DNA of 64,000 nt from Pseudomonas phage NH-4. Of the stretch, positions 16,220-26,740 are shown piece after piece. The notes below the pieces were generated by a model that made no database searches, had not been told where the DNA came from, and saw only the letters and a list, made by a program, of their open reading frames with translations. A program made the position numbers and the translations under genes. The stretch lies in the sequence record JN254800.1, one strand, 5' to 3'. Numbering within the stretch: position 1 is the first letter of the stretch; each line of letters opens with the position of its first letter.

Positions 16220-16797
16220 GTCTGAGGCGCGATTCAGAGCTAATCGCCGCGCACCTCCAGATGTTAAGAGCCATGCGCGGCAGGTCCGTTTCAGCCGGAT
16301 GGTATTCCACGGCTCGATATCCTGACAAGGCAGGCGGATCGGTCGGAATACAAGTCGCGAGAATCGCACGTCTCAATGAGTACGGCGGAACTATCGACCA
16401 TCCGGGCGGGACCAGGTATATTAGGGACGCCATTGTTCGGGGCCGGTTTGTTGGCGTTCGGTTCGTCAGAAACGACTTTCCGGGAGAAACCGAGGTAACT
16501 AAGCCTCACAGAATTACCATCCCGGCTAGACCGTTTATGCGATATGCTTGGAACTTGTTTTCCGCAGATCGCGCCGCAATCCAGAACCGGATAGCCATGA
16601 GGCTGGCCAGAGGACAGATCACTCCAGATCAAGCTCTTGCCCAGATCGGCCTGGCATTGGAAGGATACATAGCCAGAAGCATCAGGACCGGGCCATGGGT
16701 GGCTAACTCAGCATCTACGGTCAGGAGAAAGGGATTCAACAGACCGCTGGTCGATACGGCGCACATGCTTCAATCGATTAGCAGCAGAGTAACATAA
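16216..16797 (+). CDS. virion morphogenesis/neck protein (HK97 gp10-like by position)
   Basis: ATGA overlap. Precedes the sheath gene. Confidence 0.4.
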   Translation: MSLRRDSELIAAHLQMLRAMRGRSVSAGWYSTARYPDKAGGSVGIQVARIARLNEYGGTIDHPGGTRYIRDAIVRGRFVGVRFVRNDFPGETEVTKPHRITIPARPFMRYAWNLFSADRAAIQNRIAMRLARGQITPDQALAQIGLALEGYIARSIRTGPWVANSASTVRRKGFNRPLVDTAHMLQSISSRVT

Positions 16798-16812
16798 CCA
16801 GGAGATCATCCA

Positions 16813-18327
16813 GTGATCAGTCAGAGCCGTTATATCCGGATCATTTCGGGCGTAGGCGCAGGCGCTCCGGTCGCAGGCCGAAAGCTGATTCTGCGCGTCA
16901 TGACTACCAACAACGTCATCCCGCCCGGAATCGTCATCGAGTTCGACAACGCCAACGCAGTCCTGTCATACTTCGGCGCGCAGTCGGAAGAGTATCAGCG
17001 GGCTGCGGCTTATTTCAAATTCATCAGTAAAAGCGTGAATTCGCCGTCCAGCATCAGCTTCGCTCGCTGGGTAAACACCGCCATCGCGCCGATGGTTGTT
17101 GGTGACAATCTGCCGAAGACCATCGCCGATTTCGCCGGCTTCTCAGCAGGGGTTCTGACCATCATGGTCGGCGCGGCCGAACAGAACATCACCGCCATCG
17201 ATACGTCCGCCGCGACTTCTATGGACAACGTGGCGTCGATCATCCAGACCGAAATCCGCAAGAACGCCGACCCGCAGCTGGCCCAGGCTACCGTTACCTG
17301 GAATCAGAACACCAACCAGTTCACCTTGGTCGGCGCCACCATCGGCACCGGCGTCCTGGCTGTGGCGAAATCTGCCGATCCCCAGGACATGTCCACTGCC
17401 CTCGGCTGGTCCACCTCCAACGTCGTCAACGTCGCCGGCCAGGCTGCCGATCTTCCCGACGCGGCCGTTGCCAAGAGCACCAATGTCAGCAACAACTTCG
17501 GTTCGTTCCTGTTCGCCGGTGCGCCGCTCGACAATGACCAGATCAAGGCCGTGTCGGCCTGGAACGCGGCTCAGAACAACCAGTTCATCTACACGGTCGC
17601 AACTTCCCTGGCGAACCTCGGCACTCTTTTCACCTTGGTGAATGGCAACGCCGGGACCGCCCTGAACGTGCTGTCGGCGACTGCTGCCAACGACTTCGTG
17701 GAGCAGTGCCCCAGCGAGATTCTGGCCGCCACCAACTACGATGAGCCGGGTGCTTCGCAAAACTACATGTACTACCAATTCCCTGGCCGCAACATCACCG
17801 TTTCCGACGATACCGTTGCGAACACCGTCGACAAGAGCCGGGGCAACTACATCGGCGTCACCCAGGCCAATGGCCAGCAACTCGCGTTCTACCAGCGCGG
17901 CATTCTGTGCGGCGGTCCGACCGATGCTGTGGACATGAACGTCTATGCCAACGAAATCTGGCTGAAGTCGGCTATCGCTCAAGCGCTCCTGGACTTGTTC
18001 CTGAACGTCAATGCGGTTCCGGCGAGCAGCACTGGCGAGGCGATGACCCTGGCGGTGCTGCAGCCGGTTCTGGACAAGGCGACCGCCAACGGCACGTTCA
18101 CCTACGGCAAGGAAATCAGCGCCGTCCAGCAGCAGTACATCACCCAAGTCACCGGTGATCGCCGCGCCTGGCGTCAAGTCCAAACCCTGGGTTACTGGAT
18201 CAACATCACCTTCTCCAGCTATACCAACAGCAACACTGGCTTGACCGAGTGGAAGGCCAACTACACGCTGATCTATTCGAAGGGCGATGCCATCCGCTTC
18301 GTCGAAGGGTCGGATGTGATGATCTAA
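16813..18327 (+). CDS. tail sheath protein (DUF3383-like, 504 aa)
   Basis: Large, Ala/Thr/Asn-rich, beta-rich protein immediately upstream of the tube gene. Family assignment is from recollection. Confidence 0.55.
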   Translation: MISQSRYIRIISGVGAGAPVAGRKLILRVMTTNNVIPPGIVIEFDNANAVLSYFGAQSEEYQRAAAYFKFISKSVNSPSSISFARWVNTAIAPMVVGDNLPKTIADFAGFSAGVLTIMVGAAEQNITAIDTSAATSMDNVASIIQTEIRKNADPQLAQATVTWNQNTNQFTLVGATIGTGVLAVAKSADPQDMSTALGWSTSNVVNVAGQAADLPDAAVAKSTNVSNNFGSFLFAGAPLDNDQIKAVSAWNAAQNNQFIYTVATSLANLGTLFTLVNGNAGTALNVLSATAANDFVEQCPSEILAATNYDEPGASQNYMYYQFPGRNITVSDDTVANTVDKSRGNYIGVTQANGQQLAFYQRGILCGGPTDAVDMNVYANEIWLKSAIAQALLDLFLNVNAVPASSTGEAMTLAVLQPVLDKATANGTFTYGKEISAVQQQYITQVTGDRRAWRQVQTLGYWINITFSSYTNSNTGLTEWKANYTLIYSKGDAIRFVEGSDVMI

Positions 18328-18385
18328 TGGTTTGCGGCGGACTCGATCCGCCGCGACCTTCCATAAATGGAGTGAGGAATAAACA

Positions 18386-18838
18386 ATGATCAACATTTCT
18401 GCGTTCGGCTCGATCTGCCAGTTCACGGCAAGCAGAACTTTCCCGAACGGATTCACCGTCACCGAGTTTGCCGACGATGCAGACCCCATCGACAGCCCGC
18501 CGTTCACTGCGGCCGATACCGGCGTCGGCCTCAATGGTGACATGGTAGTCTGGAACCGGGCGAACATCCTGGAAGTCGTCGTCAACGTCATCCCGAACAC
18601 CGAGGGCGAGCGCAACCTGGCAGTCCTGCTGGATGCCAACCGCACCGGGAAAGACAAGTCGGGCGCTCGTGATGTCGTCGGTTTGGTCGTGGCGATGCCG
18701 GACGGCAGCAAAATCACCTGCACCAACGGCACCCCCATCGACGGCGTTCTGATCAACGCGGTGGCAAGCGTCGGCCGTCTGAAGACCAAGCCGTATCGGT
18801 TCCGATTCGAAAAAGTGATCAAAGCCGGTACTAGCTGA
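18386..18838 (+). CDS. tail tube protein (DUF3277-like)
   Basis: 150 aa, directly after the sheath gene. Paralogous to 19951-20454. Confidence 0.5.
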   Translation: MINISAFGSICQFTASRTFPNGFTVTEFADDADPIDSPPFTAADTGVGLNGDMVVWNRANILEVVVNVIPNTEGERNLAVLLDANRTGKDKSGARDVVGLVVAMPDGSKITCTNGTPIDGVLINAVASVGRLKTKPYRFRFEKVIKAGTS

Positions 18839-19161
18839 TGAAGAAAATTCCGCTGACAGCAGTCCCCAACCAGGCGATCTCATTCAACGCCGGTAGCAGC
18901 TATTGGAAGATTCGCCTGTACCAGAACATGGACATGATGAATGCCGATATCAGCCGCGACGGCGTGATCGTTTGCCATGGGGTCCGCTGCTTCGGCGGGA
19001 TTCCTCTTCTCCAATACAGCCATCAGTACCGACCTGACTATGGAAATTTCGTCTTCGACCGCGACGCCGATTGGACATTGTTCGGCGACGGCATCAACCT
19101 GTTCTATCTGGACGGCGCCGAATTCGCCGAGTATCAGGCGCTTGCCACGAGGAAAGAATGA
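18838..19161 (+). CDS. hypothetical tail protein (107 aa)
   Basis: ATGA coupling with the tube gene. Confidence 0.4.
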   Translation: MKKIPLTAVPNQAISFNAGSSYWKIRLYQNMDMMNADISRDGVIVCHGVRCFGGIPLLQYSHQYRPDYGNFVFDRDADWTLFGDGINLFYLDGAEFAEYQALATRKE

Positions 19162-19508
19162 GCACATCAACGATCAGAACCGGGACGAACAACGATATCC
19201 TTTTGGACGACAATGGAAACATGGTTATCCTCAGGGATGTCGAAGCGTGCGCCCAGGACGTTCGGGCGGCGATGCTCATGCGCACCGGCGAAAACATTTT
19301 CGATGTGAACTCCGGTGTGGGATATTTCGAATACATCTTCTCGCCGCAGAAAAGCTATGATGACGCTCGCAAATCCATCGCGGATGCAATTTTATCCTCA
19401 CCGGATGTGACCGGCATCGAGCAGCTTGACATCGACATAACCGGGGAAGTCTTCGGCGTCGATGCGAAAGTCATCACCATCCACGGGCCTGTTACCACAG
19501 GAGTTTGA
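19158..19508 (+). CDS. hypothetical tail protein (116 aa)
   Basis: ATGA overlap start. Confidence 0.4.
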   Translation: MSTSTIRTGTNNDILLDDNGNMVILRDVEACAQDVRAAMLMRTGENIFDVNSGVGYFEYIFSPQKSYDDARKSIADAILSSPDVTGIEQLDIDITGEVFGVDAKVITIHGPVTTGV

Positions 19509-19509
19509 A

Positions 19510-19941
19510 ATGAGCACAATCCGCATCCAATACGCCAACGGCACCCAACTGTTCCTGGACGGCAAAAATCCGCCGCCCCTGGACCCGCTGCCCTCGTTCA
19601 ACCCGTCTGTCGAAGATCTGGAAGGCCTGGACCGCGAAAAGAACACCGACAAGGGCGACTCCTCGCCGGCCGGTCTTCCCGTTCCCCCGGTAAACGTCGA
19701 TTCCAATGTCGACAACGGCGGAACCATCCCGGCTCCGGTATCGACCGACGCTCCTGCGGCCGAATCGGCCCCGGAAGGCGCCAAGGAAGCTCCTGCAGCG
19801 GGCCAAGGCGACGAGAAAGGCGCCGAGGAAGCCCCGACTACCGCCCCAGTAGAAAAGGCCGAGGAAACGTCCTCGCCGGCCGCTGAAGAGGCAGCCCCGG
19901 CTCCCGCCAAGGCCACCTCTCGCAAAACCACCAGCAAGTAA
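19510..19941 (+). CDS. Pro/Ala/Glu-rich low-complexity protein (143 aa)
   Basis: RBS AGGAG. A structured N-terminal 30 aa followed by a disordered acidic PAPE-rich tail. Confidence 0.4.
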   Translation: MSTIRIQYANGTQLFLDGKNPPPLDPLPSFNPSVEDLEGLDREKNTDKGDSSPAGLPVPPVNVDSNVDNGGTIPAPVSTDAPAAESAPEGAKEAPAAGQGDEKGAEEAPTTAPVEKAEETSSPAAEEAAPAPAKATSRKTTSK

Positions 19942-19950
19942 GGACTCGAC

Positions 19951-20454
19951 ATGATCAACGTCAGCGGCTTCGGCACAGGAATTGTAATAGTTTCCGCCTC
20001 ATCGTTCCCGATGGGGTTTTCCTTGTCGAAGTTCGCTGATGATGAGAGTCCGATATCCTCCAAAGAGCTGGAGCCGTTCGGATATGAGATGCTTTATGAC
20101 GGCGGCCTATTCGCCTTTGACAAGGCTGCTCCTCTGGAAGTATCTGTATCCGTCATCGCAGGGAGCGAGGATGATATTAACCTTCGCATCCTTCTCAATT
20201 CCAAAAAGGGATCATTCAGATTTCTTCCGGGAATCATCCCGGACATGACGACTCTCGTGGCCACTCTTCCTGATGGCGGCCGCACCGTTCTGTCCAATGG
20301 GACCATCCTCAAGGGTCCGGCCATCGACACCATACAGAACACCGGACGGCGCAAAGGCAACACGTACACTTTCGTTTTCGGTAGCTATCTTGGCGCCCAG
20401 ACTGCGCGTCAAGCCATTTCTAACGTTATCCAATCGGTACTGGAGGTGGTCTGA
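19951..20454 (+). CDS. tail tube paralogue (tube initiator/baseplate tube-like)
   Basis: Shares an N-terminal MIN(I/V)S(A/G)FG...FP.GF...FADD motif and overall length with 18386-18838. Confidence 0.5.
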   Translation: MINVSGFGTGIVIVSASSFPMGFSLSKFADDESPISSKELEPFGYEMLYDGGLFAFDKAAPLEVSVSVIAGSEDDINLRILLNSKKGSFRFLPGIIPDMTTLVATLPDGGRTVLSNGTILKGPAIDTIQNTGRRKGNTYTFVFGSYLGAQTARQAISNVIQSVLEVV

Positions 20455-20993
20455 TGTTAGGGATTTTCACCAGCCTCCTAAGTTCGCGATCTTTTTCGAT
20501 TGTGGACCAAAACACAAACCAGCTAGTTGCTGCGGATTTGAGGATAAGCCGGGTCAACACCCGGTTTTCTTCTGTAGGGCAACGCCACATGCTGGAAGAT
20601 GGTACGACCAAGATGGATTCCAGAACGATCCACCCTATGGAAATCATCGTCGAAGTATTTTGCCCTTCAATTGATGTCGTCGATCAGATCAATCAATTGC
20701 TCCTGGATCGCGACACACTGTACAAAGTCATCACTCGCGGCATGGTATTCGAACGGATGGTGTGTACCAGCGAAGCGCTCAATCAGACTCCGGATATGAT
20801 ATCGGCGACTCCTGCGCGGCTGACATTCTCCCAAGTTCTCGTCCAGAATCCCAAGCCTATAATGTTCAGAAATGCAGGGGACTCTTCTATGATCGACCGA
20901 GGGCTGGCCCTAGCTGAAGACGTGGTTGGCTCGGCCGGCGATCTGTTCGACTACGCAGTAAACGGCGTCCAGAACGCCGCAGACTTGTTCTGA
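20454..20993 (+). CDS. hypothetical tail protein (179 aa)
   Basis: Coupled start (TGATG). Confidence 0.4.
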   Translation: MLGIFTSLLSSRSFSIVDQNTNQLVAADLRISRVNTRFSSVGQRHMLEDGTTKMDSRTIHPMEIIVEVFCPSIDVVDQINQLLLDRDTLYKVITRGMVFERMVCTSEALNQTPDMISATPARLTFSQVLVQNPKPIMFRNAGDSSMIDRGLALAEDVVGSAGDLFDYAVNGVQNAADLF

Positions 20994-21001
20994 GGTGCCA
21001 A

Positions 21002-21595
21002 TTGAACTCTTTCCTCAAGTCTATTCTCAACACGCCTACTCTCACCATACGCGATGATGTCACCAAACTTCCTGTCTGGAAGAGTCTTCAAGTCAAGAAA
21101 GTGGAAATTTACTCGCCGGCTTCCGTAGTGTCGAAACCTCTGGCGACGAAAGACCAGACGGAAGCTCAGGTGTATACCGAAGCGCTGGACGTTGATGTAA
21201 AGAACGGGAAGATCATTCAGCCAGTGCGTCTTCGCATCAATGCCATCTGTCCAGACTTGTCCACAGTTGAAAGTATCATGAATGCTTTCAATGACAATAC
21301 CTCGACTTTCGCCATCACTTCCAAGTCGATATTGGCTGATAAAATGGCCATCATGACGCTCGATGTAGATCAATCTCCTGACATGCTAAATGCGGCTGAG
21401 ATCAACATGGAATTCGAGCAGGTTGAGCCTCCAGTATTGAATGAATTTGATCCGGCTTTCCCTCAAGATCGCCCAACTTATGGCGTGCAGATTCAGTCCC
21501 TTTCCGATGCAAATTTGCTAGACTTGGGAGCCACCGGCGATTCGATATCTTCGGCCGCAAAATCGCTATATAATCGCGTGACCAGTTATTTCTGA
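21002..21595 (+). CDS. hypothetical tail protein (197 aa), possible chaperone partner
   Basis: In the same frame as the next ORF and separated from it only by a TGA. Confidence 0.4.
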   Translation: MNSFLKSILNTPTLTIRDDVTKLPVWKSLQVKKVEIYSPASVVSKPLATKDQTEAQVYTEALDVDVKNGKIIQPVRLRINAICPDLSTVESIMNAFNDNTSTFAITSKSILADKMAIMTLDVDQSPDMLNAAEINMEFEQVEPPVLNEFDPAFPQDRPTYGVQIQSLSDANLLDLGATGDSISSAAKSLYNRVTSYF

Positions 21596-21604
21596 GGATG
21601 TATC

Positions 21605-22033
21605 ATGCTTGAAATCAACCTTCCCGATGGCCGCCAAACTCGCGTACAAATCGAGGCGTGGTCGGCATTGGACGGCTGGGAACTCCAGCGCCGTTTCGTC
21701 GAATTCGCCGTCAGCCAAGATTCCGATCTCCGCCGCTCTTTCACCATGGAAATCCTTGGCTATGCTAAAGTGATGCTTGGCGACGACGACACCGGTATTC
21801 CGCTGACCACTGCGGCGGTCATCAACAACCATCTCGGCCACTGGAAGAACGTGGAACTGGTTTTCAATTCTGTTCTCAAGCACAACGGCATCGACCCGGC
21901 CACGCACGCCGACCGGCCGGACTATTGGGAACAAGTCGGATCGCAGATGGCCATCGCATTTCTGGCCGAGGCGTCCAAGCTCATTGGTCCAGCAATGAAG
22001 ATCGCCGAAGGACTCGCCAACAAGCCGGAGTGA
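21605..22033 (+). CDS. tail assembly chaperone (by position before tape measure)
   Basis: 142 aa and acidic, immediately upstream of the tape measure gene. Confidence 0.4.
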   Translation: MLEINLPDGRQTRVQIEAWSALDGWELQRRFVEFAVSQDSDLRRSFTMEILGYAKVMLGDDDTGIPLTTAAVINNHLGHWKNVELVFNSVLKHNGIDPATHADRPDYWEQVGSQMAIAFLAEASKLIGPAMKIAEGLANKPE

Positions 22034-22036
22034 TTC

Positions 22037-24613
22037 ATGTCTAGTGATTTGGATGAATTCATACTTCGGTATGAGGCCGATACTGCCAGAGCCGAGCGCA
22101 ATCTGGAGCGCCTCCAGAACCAGATCAGGCGCGTGAACAGCGCATCAACGAGTGGCCTTCAGGATTTGCGCCACTTCGCAGACGGCGCGGCCACTGAACT
22201 CGGCCGAGTCGTTCCGCAGATCGATTCTGTGACGAGCGCGATTCGCGGGATGAACGCGCAACTGGCGATAGGCGCCACTGGCGTGGCCCTGGTCGCGGCC
22301 GGCGTCAAGGCGTTCATGAACACCAGGGACCAGTACAACCAGCAACGCATCCAGGCGATGGATATCGGCATCGCCCCGGCGCGACTGGAAGAGTACCAGC
22401 GGAAGTTTGCTCGCCAGTCTGGAGGCACGATCAGCCGCGAGCAGGGCGCGGAGATGACCAAAAATCTGGCAGACACTTTCCGGCGTGCTTATCGCGACAT
22501 CGGGCGAGTCGGCCCGGAAGCGCGAATTCTGCGTATGGCCGGCGTTGATGTCGGGAGCTTCCAAAAGGGCATGCGGCCGCTCAACGACATCATTACTGAT
22601 CTGGCCACGAAAATGGCCAAGCTGAAGCCGGACGAAATTTCTGCCTACGCTGATGCCCTTGGCGTCTCGCGAGACTACCTGAGCACCCTGGCTAAGATCG
22701 GCCCAGCCATGGGAAAAGTCACCGAGATGACGACTGCGGAACTCCAGTCCAGGGTCCAGGGCGAGTCCAACATTCAGAAATTCAACGATGCTCTGGCGAA
22801 TCTCAACCAGACGTTCACCACCCTGGAAAACCGAGTCGGCGAAAAGCTCGCGCCTGCGTTCACCAAGCTGATCGAAATCATCGACAAGATAGTCCAGGCT
22901 ATTCCCAATGAAGTGGAAGAATTCGCCAAGGACACCAAAGCCCGCTGGGATGACGGCATCACCGGAAAGGCTACGGTTGGTGGTGATATCCTTTCCCTTC
23001 TCAGCCCTGGCGCCCTGCTAGGCCGCCTGGCCTCCTGGGGAACTCGGCGTGGGATGGAAGAGGCAGGCCTGATCGACAAGTCGAAGGTTCCCGGCGCTCA
23101 AACCAGCGAAGACCTGGCCAAGAAACAAGAAGACCAGGACAAGGCTACTAAGTCCATGAAAGAGCTAGAGAAGCTGGCTGACCAGACCACGAAGTCTACC
23201 AATGATTTTGCGGTGGCGATCAACATGTTCAGTGGCGCGGTATCGTCGTTCGCGAATGCCGTTGACGAGCGCCAAGCTTGGGCAGCCTGGGCGGGGGAAA
23301 TTGGTCGGGCGGTCGGTATGGGAAGCACCGCGCCGACTTCGCGGGCCACCGGCGTCTATCCGCACGCGATCTATGATCAGTCGAAGAGTGGCGCGGCCGG
23401 ACAGGTCTTCGGCGAGCCAATCGGCGCCCAGTCTCTTCGCAATCGCATGTTCTCGCCGCAGCGCAAGGCCGAACCGGTCACCGTTCCATCGTACATCAAC
23501 GATATCATCAAAGATGCTTCGAAGATGTACAACATTCCTGAGCTGGACATCAAGAAACTCATATACACCGAAAGCCGATTCAACGCCAGGGCCACCAGCG
23601 AAGCCGGAGCTAAAGGCCTCATGCAGCTGATGCCGGAAATCGCCAAGGCGTATGGTATCACTGACGTATATGACCCTCGCCAGAACATCCTCGGCGGAAC
23701 GCGCCTACTGCGGGAAAACCTAGATCGAGCAAATGGCGACATGCGGTTGGCCTTGACCTACTATCATGGCGGACTCGATCCGAAGAACTGGGGCCCAAGG
23801 ACTCGCGCATATCCGGGTTTGGTAATGAGCGCTCCAATCGAGCTGATGGAAGAGGCTCAGCGCAAGCAGAAGGCTGCGGCCATGACCGTCGCCAACGAGA
23901 CGTTCGCCCCGGAAGGCGGCGACATGGACATTCGTCCCTATGATGGCGGGCGACTGGAAACCCCAGACCAGGGCAAGAAGGAAGATGAGCGCCGCGAAGC
24001 CCGTCGATATGACGACAGGGTTGTGCGACCGGAAATTCGCATCATCGACCGCATGCCAGACCGCAGCGACGGCGAAATCCTCAAGATGTCTAGACGTCAA
24101 GAGGCCGACCGGGCAGATTCTGGATTCCGGAAGTTCCCGAATCAAGTTCGCGGCGAGACCAAGCAGAACATCCAGGCTCAACTCACTGCAGGAGCCATCG
24201 CGCAAGTGATCGGCGTTAACCCCAACCAGATCATGCGCCGCGAAATCAGCCGTTCTGACTTGCTGTTCGGATACAACCAAGCCATCCTGGGCAAGCAACA
24301 GGAGATCAAGGCCGCCGCGACCGAAGCCAACAACGTATTCCTGTCTCCAGCCAAGCTTGCCGAAGCCACGGCCAAGGTGAACGCCGCATCGCGAGAAATG
24401 GATATTCTCCGGACGTACGGCGAGCAACTTCTGAAGAGCGCTCCAGAGCGCGGCCAGGAGCTGACCATCGGTCGAATCGACATGTTGGTCAACGTCACCG
24501 GCGCGAATTCTCCGGAAGAGGCTCGCGAGATATTCAGCAAGCAGACTGCAGACCAGCTTACTACGGCAATCCAGGACGCTCAAAACGATTCCGCAACTAA
24601 GATACTCTACTGA
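22037..24613 (+). CDS. tape measure protein with C-terminal soluble lytic transglycosylase (SLT) domain
   Basis: 858 aa with a helical N-terminus. SLT motif ...YTESRFNARATSEAGAKGLMQLMPEIAKAYGI...TYYHGG contains the catalytic Glu. Confidence 0.8.
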   Translation: MSSDLDEFILRYEADTARAERNLERLQNQIRRVNSASTSGLQDLRHFADGAATELGRVVPQIDSVTSAIRGMNAQLAIGATGVALVAAGVKAFMNTRDQYNQQRIQAMDIGIAPARLEEYQRKFARQSGGTISREQGAEMTKNLADTFRRAYRDIGRVGPEARILRMAGVDVGSFQKGMRPLNDIITDLATKMAKLKPDEISAYADALGVSRDYLSTLAKIGPAMGKVTEMTTAELQSRVQGESNIQKFNDALANLNQTFTTLENRVGEKLAPAFTKLIEIIDKIVQAIPNEVEEFAKDTKARWDDGITGKATVGGDILSLLSPGALLGRLASWGTRRGMEEAGLIDKSKVPGAQTSEDLAKKQEDQDKATKSMKELEKLADQTTKSTNDFAVAINMFSGAVSSFANAVDERQAWAAWAGEIGRAVGMGSTAPTSRATGVYPHAIYDQSKSGAAGQVFGEPIGAQSLRNRMFSPQRKAEPVTVPSYINDIIKDASKMYNIPELDIKKLIYTESRFNARATSEAGAKGLMQLMPEIAKAYGITDVYDPRQNILGGTRLLRENLDRANGDMRLALTYYHGGLDPKNWGPRTRAYPGLVMSAPIELMEEAQRKQKAAAMTVANETFAPEGGDMDIRPYDGGRLETPDQGKKEDERREARRYDDRVVRPEIRIIDRMPDRSDGEILKMSRRQEADRADSGFRKFPNQVRGETKQNIQAQLTAGAIAQVIGVNPNQIMRREISRSDLLFGYNQAILGKQQEIKAAATEANNVFLSPAKLAEATAKVNAASREMDILRTYGEQLLKSAPERGQELTIGRIDMLVNVTGANSPEEAREIFSKQTADQLTTAIQDAQNDSATKILY

Positions 24614-25476
24614 TGAAAAAGAGAATTCTGCGAGTAACATTCAACATGCCTTATGGACCCGAAGTCATCCGCGAAGATCTGGATGTTCGGGTCCGGATTA
24701 TGAAGGCTGCGTTGCGGATTCAGAACCGGGCGACGATGGAAATTTTCGGCCTCACCACTCAGCTGCGCGAGTCTCTTCTGTCGCAGTTCACCGCATGGAA
24801 GCACCGGCAACGTCAAGTGGGCAGGGAAGATGAATTGATGATCAAGGTGTCGGTGGAAGCCGGCTACTCTGACCAGGGGCGCGAGCAAGTTTCCAGAGTC
24901 TTTGTCGGCGAAGTTGCCATTGTCGATATCATTTCTCCGCCACCTGACATTGGAATCCGCATCCAGTGCTATACCAGGCAAATCGACAGGACGAAGACCA
25001 TTCGGAATATGCCGCCCGCCAACACGACGTTTGTCAAGTTCGTCGAATGGGGCGCGAACGAAATGGGATTGAACTTCATCTGCGATACCAGTTACAACGA
25101 TCAAGTTCTGAAGAATCCGGGCCGGTCTATCACTGTCGCGTCGGCAATCCTGGCGTCGATTCAGGACATGTACATGCCGGACGTGGCCGCGTTCGTCGAT
25201 GATGACATATTGATCGTGAAGGACCGCGATAAAGTCATTCGTCCGGATGAGGTGACCAACGTCAACTCGTTTGTTGGAATTCCATCTTGGTCTGAATGGG
25301 GCGTGGAATTCCAGTGTCTGTTTGAGCCATCGATTCGTGTGGCTGGAGGTGTAGCGGTCGAATCTCTCATGAATCCAAGCGTCAATGGTAACTATGTAAT
25401 AACCGCTCTGGAATACGATTTGGCAAGTCGGGATCGGCCGTTCTATATCAAAGTCATGGGGAGTCCAGCAGCATAA
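24613..25476 (+). CDS. tail/baseplate protein (287 aa)
   Basis: TGATG coupling to the tape measure gene. Confidence 0.45.
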   Translation: MKKRILRVTFNMPYGPEVIREDLDVRVRIMKAALRIQNRATMEIFGLTTQLRESLLSQFTAWKHRQRQVGREDELMIKVSVEAGYSDQGREQVSRVFVGEVAIVDIISPPPDIGIRIQCYTRQIDRTKTIRNMPPANTTFVKFVEWGANEMGLNFICDTSYNDQVLKNPGRSITVASAILASIQDMYMPDVAAFVDDDILIVKDRDKVIRPDEVTNVNSFVGIPSWSEWGVEFQCLFEPSIRVAGGVAVESLMNPSVNGNYVITALEYDLASRDRPFYIKVMGSPAA

Positions 25477-26009
25477 TGGCCAGGGAAATCAAATCGTTCA
25501 ACATGTTCGGAGTTCACTATACTTCGCGGCAATTCTCTGCTGTCGATGGGCTCAGCATGATGTCGGAAATTCAGAGCGTGCCGCCAGAAGAATTGCTCAA
25601 GGGCACCGATGTATTGGCGCATCCGGAAGACCATCCGGAAGGCATCTGGCTTCCATTGACCGCTGCGAACATCAATCTTTATGTCGTTGATCGAGCGAAA
25701 GTAATAGCTCCCGTGCAAGTTCTTGCACTTCTGTCAGAAGTGGTAATCGACTGGAACTTTGGTTTTCTCAAAGACTGGACCGGAGTCAAGATTCCATCTA
25801 GATTTGTCGAAGATATCAAAAGTGTGAAGACGGCACATTCACCTTCTGTAGTTGCGAGTTTGGTAGCGAACGGTTCGGCCTCTATGCGCGAGTTGGAAGA
25901 GTATTATTCGACTCAAGATGCCTTTAAGATGATAGACATCATGACGGCGAAGAGCGTGAACGAGGCCTTGGCGTCCGAAGCATCGCACAACAGAATCAAA
26001 AAGGGATAA
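25476..26009 (+). CDS. hypothetical baseplate protein (177 aa)
   Basis: ATGG overlap. Confidence 0.4.
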   Translation: MAREIKSFNMFGVHYTSRQFSAVDGLSMMSEIQSVPPEELLKGTDVLAHPEDHPEGIWLPLTAANINLYVVDRAKVIAPVQVLALLSEVVIDWNFGFLKDWTGVKIPSRFVEDIKSVKTAHSPSVVASLVANGSASMRELEEYYSTQDAFKMIDIMTAKSVNEALASEASHNRIKKG

Positions 26010-26040
26010 TTCCTAACCGGGCCTGGGAAGGCTATACTAG

Positions 26041-26730
<690 letters not shown>

Positions 26731-26740
26731 GGAGATTTTC

